DNA of 64,000 bases, taken from contig NC_083413.1 of assembly GCF_020745735.1 (NCBI RefSeq), positions 97,932,409 through 97,996,408 on the forward strand, in the 5' to 3' direction. Every line of letters begins with the position of its first letter. The first letter of the stretch is position 1. Made by a program: the position numbers and the translations under genes. Shown here in pieces: positions 59,101-64,000 of this stretch. This DNA comes from Hemiscyllium ocellatum. Its lineage: Eukaryota. Below the pieces are notes generated by a model. It worked only from the letters and a program-made list of their open reading frames with translations, ran no database searches and was not told the DNA's origin.

Positions 59101-60568
59101 AGGAAGGAGATGATGACCAGATCATCTGCTCATCGGGATTGAGCGATAAGTATTGGCCGGGATATAATCTCCTCACTTTCATTCAAAATAATAAGGGTCC
59201 CTTTAGAGGGCAGAGTGGCTTTGGTTTAATGCCTCATATACATCTGATGTATAGGATTATCTCAGCACTGCACTGCTGTGGCAGCATCAATTAGTCTATT
59301 CTAAACCCGATGGTAGATCTTGAACCCTCCGACTCAAAGATCAGCACAATAGTCAGTGACACCTGAGCAACACCCAATACTCTGACAGGCGGCTTATTAT
59401 TTACATCCCCAGGGATTAATGAAGCAATTCAGGGAAATTGCATTGATTCTGTATGAGATACAAAACAGTCCTCAAAGGGGAGAATGATAGTCTCCCTAGC
59501 CCTAGATCAGTAGGCTTAAGTTCCTAGATTAGACTTAGTAGGTTTAAATTCCTGTCCTACCTATTCCAGAGGCGTGTCATACATCGCTGAACATTTTAAT
59601 GTTAAAAAAGGAAAGCCTCTTCAACCAATGGGCTGTTGTCATTTGGAAAGTGCTAATTAGGAATCAGCACTTTGAGTCACCTTTGCTGATTCCCTGTGTG
59701 TTATACGGGAGTCAGTAATTTCTATCAGTGTCCACCGTTACAGCTACAAAAAGTCCTCTAATATCTCTCCTCAATGGGTCATTCTTCCCTTTTGAATATG
59801 GGCAGTGAGCACTCCGTCCTATCTCTTCCTTAGCAACAAATGGCTGCCATGCTTCCAGCCTGCTGTCAGCAAGAGGTTAACTTGCACTGTCAAAGTGTGG
59901 CAATACTGAGAATAACCCTCCCCATTATGACCCAGGCTAAGATCACAAGATGCAGCACAAGTCAGTGTTTGTGTCCAGAATTAGATAACCAGGAAGGATG
60001 TTCTCCACGGCTGGGGAGCCCAGAACCAGGGCTCACGGTCTACGGATACTGGCTCGGGCATGTTGGACTGAGATGAGGAAACCTTTCTTCACCCTGACAG
60101 TGGTGACTCTTTGGAATTCACTGTCATAGAAATTGATTGAGCCCAAAATGTAATAGTTTCTTTTTCGGACTAAAGGGATCAAAGCTTACAGAAAGAATGG
60201 TGGAACAGGGTGCTGAGTTGGACAATCAGCCATTGTCATTTTGAACAGCAGCGCATGCTTAAGGGGCTGAATGGCTCACTGTTCCACCCATTTTTGTGAC
60301 CATTCTGTGGCTTGAAGAGATGTGTTGTGTTCAAAAGCTATTTTGATAGGGAAAAAAAAAGAGAATGTGTTACTGTTTACAACACAGAGTGACGAAACAA
60401 TTTCAGATGATTGTGAATTGGTCTCCTCAAATTACATTGATCAATGAGGAAGTTCTGGAAAATTGGGATAAACCACTGAGTTACCAGCCAGTTGAAAATC
60501 GAAGTGACTTGAAAGACTCAGTATAATCACATGGGGAGATATGTGGAAATAACCTGGGAATTACTAAC

Positions 60569-62191
60569 CTAACTACACATAATATTGATTGAGGAAATGC
60601 TGTTCTAATCAAACAACATCCTACAGACTTAACCTTTGGAGGTTAGCACAGATTCAGAAAGAGACTGAACACATGCTGAAAGACAATATAATCAAAATCA
60701 GTCGTATGAATAGAGCTCACCTACATCAGTGGTACCACAGCCAGGTAATATCCAATGATTATATGTGGACCTATGCAAAATCCATGCAGTTACTAAATCT
60801 GATACATGTCCTAAATCAAGTTTGGAAGATCATATTGAGAAGATGGGACAAGCAACTTATATTTCTCAATACGACTTACTCAAAGGATGCTGGCAGCTAC
60901 TTTTATTCAAAAAGGTGAAGACAATTTCAGCCTTCGTGACACCAAAATGCGCTGTACCAGTTTACAGACATAGATTAGATTAGATTACTTACAGTGTGGA
61001 AACAGACCCTTCGGCCCAGCAAGTCCACACCGACCCGCCGAAGCACAACCCACCCATACCCCTAACCTAACACTACCAGCAATTTAGCATGGCCAATTCA
61101 CCTGACCTGCACATCTTTGGACTGTGGGAGGAAGCCGGAGCACCCGGAGGAAACCCACGCAGACACGGGTAGAACGTGCAAACTCCACACAGCCAGTCAC
61201 CTGAGTTGGAAATTGAACCCAGGTCTCTGGCGCTGTGAGGCAGCAGTGCTAACCACTGTGCCACCGTGCCGCCCATGTCATGTGGTATAAAGAATATGCC
61301 AGCTACATTTCAAAGACTAACCAATGAAGTAATTTCTTCATTACCCAATTGCGTGGTACACATTGATGACCTGATTTTTAGTCACACATGGAAGAAAAAT
61401 TTGCAGAATTTCTCAAAGTTATTCATTCGACTTTGGGAGGCAGGCTTGGTGATAAACCTGGCTGACAGCGAATTCAAGGAAACACAAATCACTCTCCTGG
61501 GCCATGTTATTGAACATGGCCAGATGGCCCCATCCACCAAAACAGCAGTACGACTACAAAACAATCTTGATTATCCAAATGAGATGGGTGGGGATAACTA
61601 ATTGTTCGGATAACTGATTGTTCAGATAATGCATTGCTCAGATAACTGATCTGATTGCAAACAAAGGACCTTGAGATCTTGTTTGGATAATCTGAAATTT
61701 GGATAATTGACATTCGGATAACAGGGGTTGTTCTGCATTTGGTAGTACTACGAGTGGGTTTTATCAGAAAGTTGTACGGAATCTTAAAAGTGTGGCTGCT
61801 TCACTCACTGAATTATTGTAGAAATACAAAAAGTTTCAATGGATGGAAAACTGTCAGAAGGCATTTGTCAGCCTGAAAGTTGTGTTAGTTACTGCCCCAA
61901 TATTAATAACCCAAAGCTATTCAAGGTAGTTATCGATGTAAGTGATCAAAGTGTCGGTGCTGTACTCTTACAAGAAAACAACAAGAAGATAAAAAGACTT
62001 ATCAATTTTTTCTCAGGAAGCTAAACATTCATCAACAGGAATATTTGACAGTAGAGAAAGAGACCTTGAGTTTGGTATTGGCGTTACAACATTTGCCAGT
62101 AATGTATCTGAGACAACCATACATATTGATCATAATCCATTAAAGTTTTTTGGGGAAATTTAAGGACAAACATTGTAGACTGGTTTTCGGG
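60569..62191 (+). mobile_element. Gypsy pol remnant with nested SINE (60971-61274) and MITE, copy 2
   Basis: Same as 11380-13000. Confidence 0.8.
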
Positions 62192-64000
62192 GCATGTCTT
62201 CATGAGAAAGTCTCTACATTATTTTACAGGACATTCTGAATCTCCAGCAATTTCTCTCATGTTGTTCGATTCCACATTAAAAATACAATTTAGCCACATG
62301 ACAAATCAAACTTACTTTTTCGTCACTGCTTTCATTTCTGTCGAATTGAGATTATCATTTTTTTTGAATGTTCGGTCTGTTAAAGTGCAATTGCTCAATA
62401 AAGAAAAAATGAAAAGCAAACTAAAATGGTGTCTGGGTCTATAATTTATTGTCAGACATTAAAAAAAACCCAGCAGTCTCACAATGCTGCATTTCAAGCC
62501 TTGATCAGCTCATTTAAAGAAACCAGGTCAGACTCCAATCAGCCATGATGGTGATGAATGGCAGAGCAGGCTCGAAGGATTGCATGGCCTCCTCCTGCTC
62601 CAATTTTCCACGTTTCTAAACCGGCTTCAATACCCAAGAAAACTGAAGATACAGAATTATAAGCCTTCATCAGATGATTTAGGTAAATAGGTTACACATT
62701 CGAGTTTTTAGTCAGCATATAAAGTTAGTCCATTTGATCGCCCAGTATTGTTGCTTGAGGCTGAGATTACAGTTCATTAGAAGCTTTCCCACCACTAAGA
62801 TGAATCTGGTTGCGGGATTTATCTAGATAATTTTGAATAAAAGTATTTTAAATGTTGTGATTCTCCTGTCTCTGATTCCATGCCTCTATTTGAACAGGAT
62901 TAGATTGTTGTGGATATTACCACTGCAGCTTCAATGTTACTTTTCTCTGTATCCTTAGGTGTCTCCAATTCAGTTGTTATCAGTTGCCAACACTCACTGA
63001 CAATCAGCCTTTCTAATTGAAGCAGAAATTGCTGGAGAAGCCCAATAGGTCACAGGACTCCAAAACATTAACTCTGCTTTCCTGCCACAGATGCTGCCAG
63101 ACCTGTTGAGATTCTCCAGCATTTCATTATTGTTTCAGATTTCCAGCATCTGCAATTTTGTTTTATTTTAGCCTTTCTAAAATTCTGTCAAACTTCATCT
63201 CATCCAAGTCTCAACTACATTTTTTTCACCATGAACTGGACACCAACTTCCTCTTCATAATACTTCAGCAAGGCCCCTGCCCCTGTGAAGTTTAAAAAGG
63301 GCATTTATGATAATTGGCCCCACTCATTCTTTTGCTACCCTTTCACGGTTTATGACTAAGGATGACTTTTGGATTCCCTTTTAAAGTTAGCTGCCTTACT
63401 CTTTATTTCCCCTCTGAACTGTCTATATTTCGCACGGTTCTCACTGGGGTTAAAAATAAAACGTATCCTTTGCAACATCATGCAGGGGATTAGAGTATTA
63501 TTTTTGCCAACATTTCCTGCTTATGGAAATGTTAAGCTGTACTGTACAGCTGTAGCTGAACATTGCCCAGATTTGTGCTTTAATGCCCTTTCTCAAATGC
63601 CCTCTTGCCCCATTGAAATCAGCCCTCTTCCAACTCAGAATTATTCTGGTTTGTTCCTTGTTCATTTAATACACAAGCTAAAATCTTTTGATACAATGAT
63701 CGATGCTTTCTTAAATGACCCCAGTCTAATATTTAATGCATTTTATACATATTGTGTGTATGCACACAGATTCTGAAGTTGGCAGTGCAAATTGAAGATA
63801 TCATTAGGATTCTGAACATTATAAATAGGACTGTTGCATGCAAAATAAGGAAATTATGACAAATGGTTATAAACAGCCCAGCCTTTCCCTTATGTCTAGT
63901 ATTTATACAGCAAGCTTCAGGAAGGGATTTGAGAAGGTGCACAAAAGGTACACAAAAATAGTACCAGAGATGAGCAACTGGACAACTATGTGGATAGTTT

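Larger units (their letters stand above)
49192..64000 (+). repeat. Copy 2 of segment 1-14808; contains the same ERV 5' end, Penelope, CR1, SINE, Gypsy and MITE pieces
   Basis: See copy 1; runs to the window end. Confidence 0.99.

Overview
Vertebrate genomic DNA from a cartilaginous fish, most likely a carpet shark judging by the IgM sequences and repeat families. The window holds three main things. (1) One complete, apparently functional germline shark IgM heavy-chain cluster on the + strand (16123-37904): leader, VH-RSS23, RSS12-D1-RSS22, RSS12-D2-RSS12, RSS23-JH, CH1-CH4 with secretory tailpiece, TM1 and TM2. (2) A young, full-length class I (epsilon/gamma-like) endogenous retrovirus on the - strand (41066-51410, 10,345 bp), 3.2 kb downstream of TM2. 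It has 716-bp LTRs differing at 7 sites, an ATAG target-site duplication, a tRNA-Leu PBS, a PPT, gag and pro-pol in one frame (TGA junction, three premature stops, no frameshifts), and an open 793-codon env with two furin sites. A 2H-phosphoesterase-like domain (two HxT motifs) lies between protease and RT. (3) A near-identical repeat of bases 1-14808 at 49192-64000 (period about 49.19 kb), with a 13-N gap at 15390-15402 between the copies; this may be a false duplication from assembly. The rest is degraded CR1 LINEs, tRNA-derived SINEs, Penelope-like elements carrying minimal hammerhead ribozyme cores, a Gypsy remnant and simple repeats. All alignments and counts were made by eye; no database searches were run.
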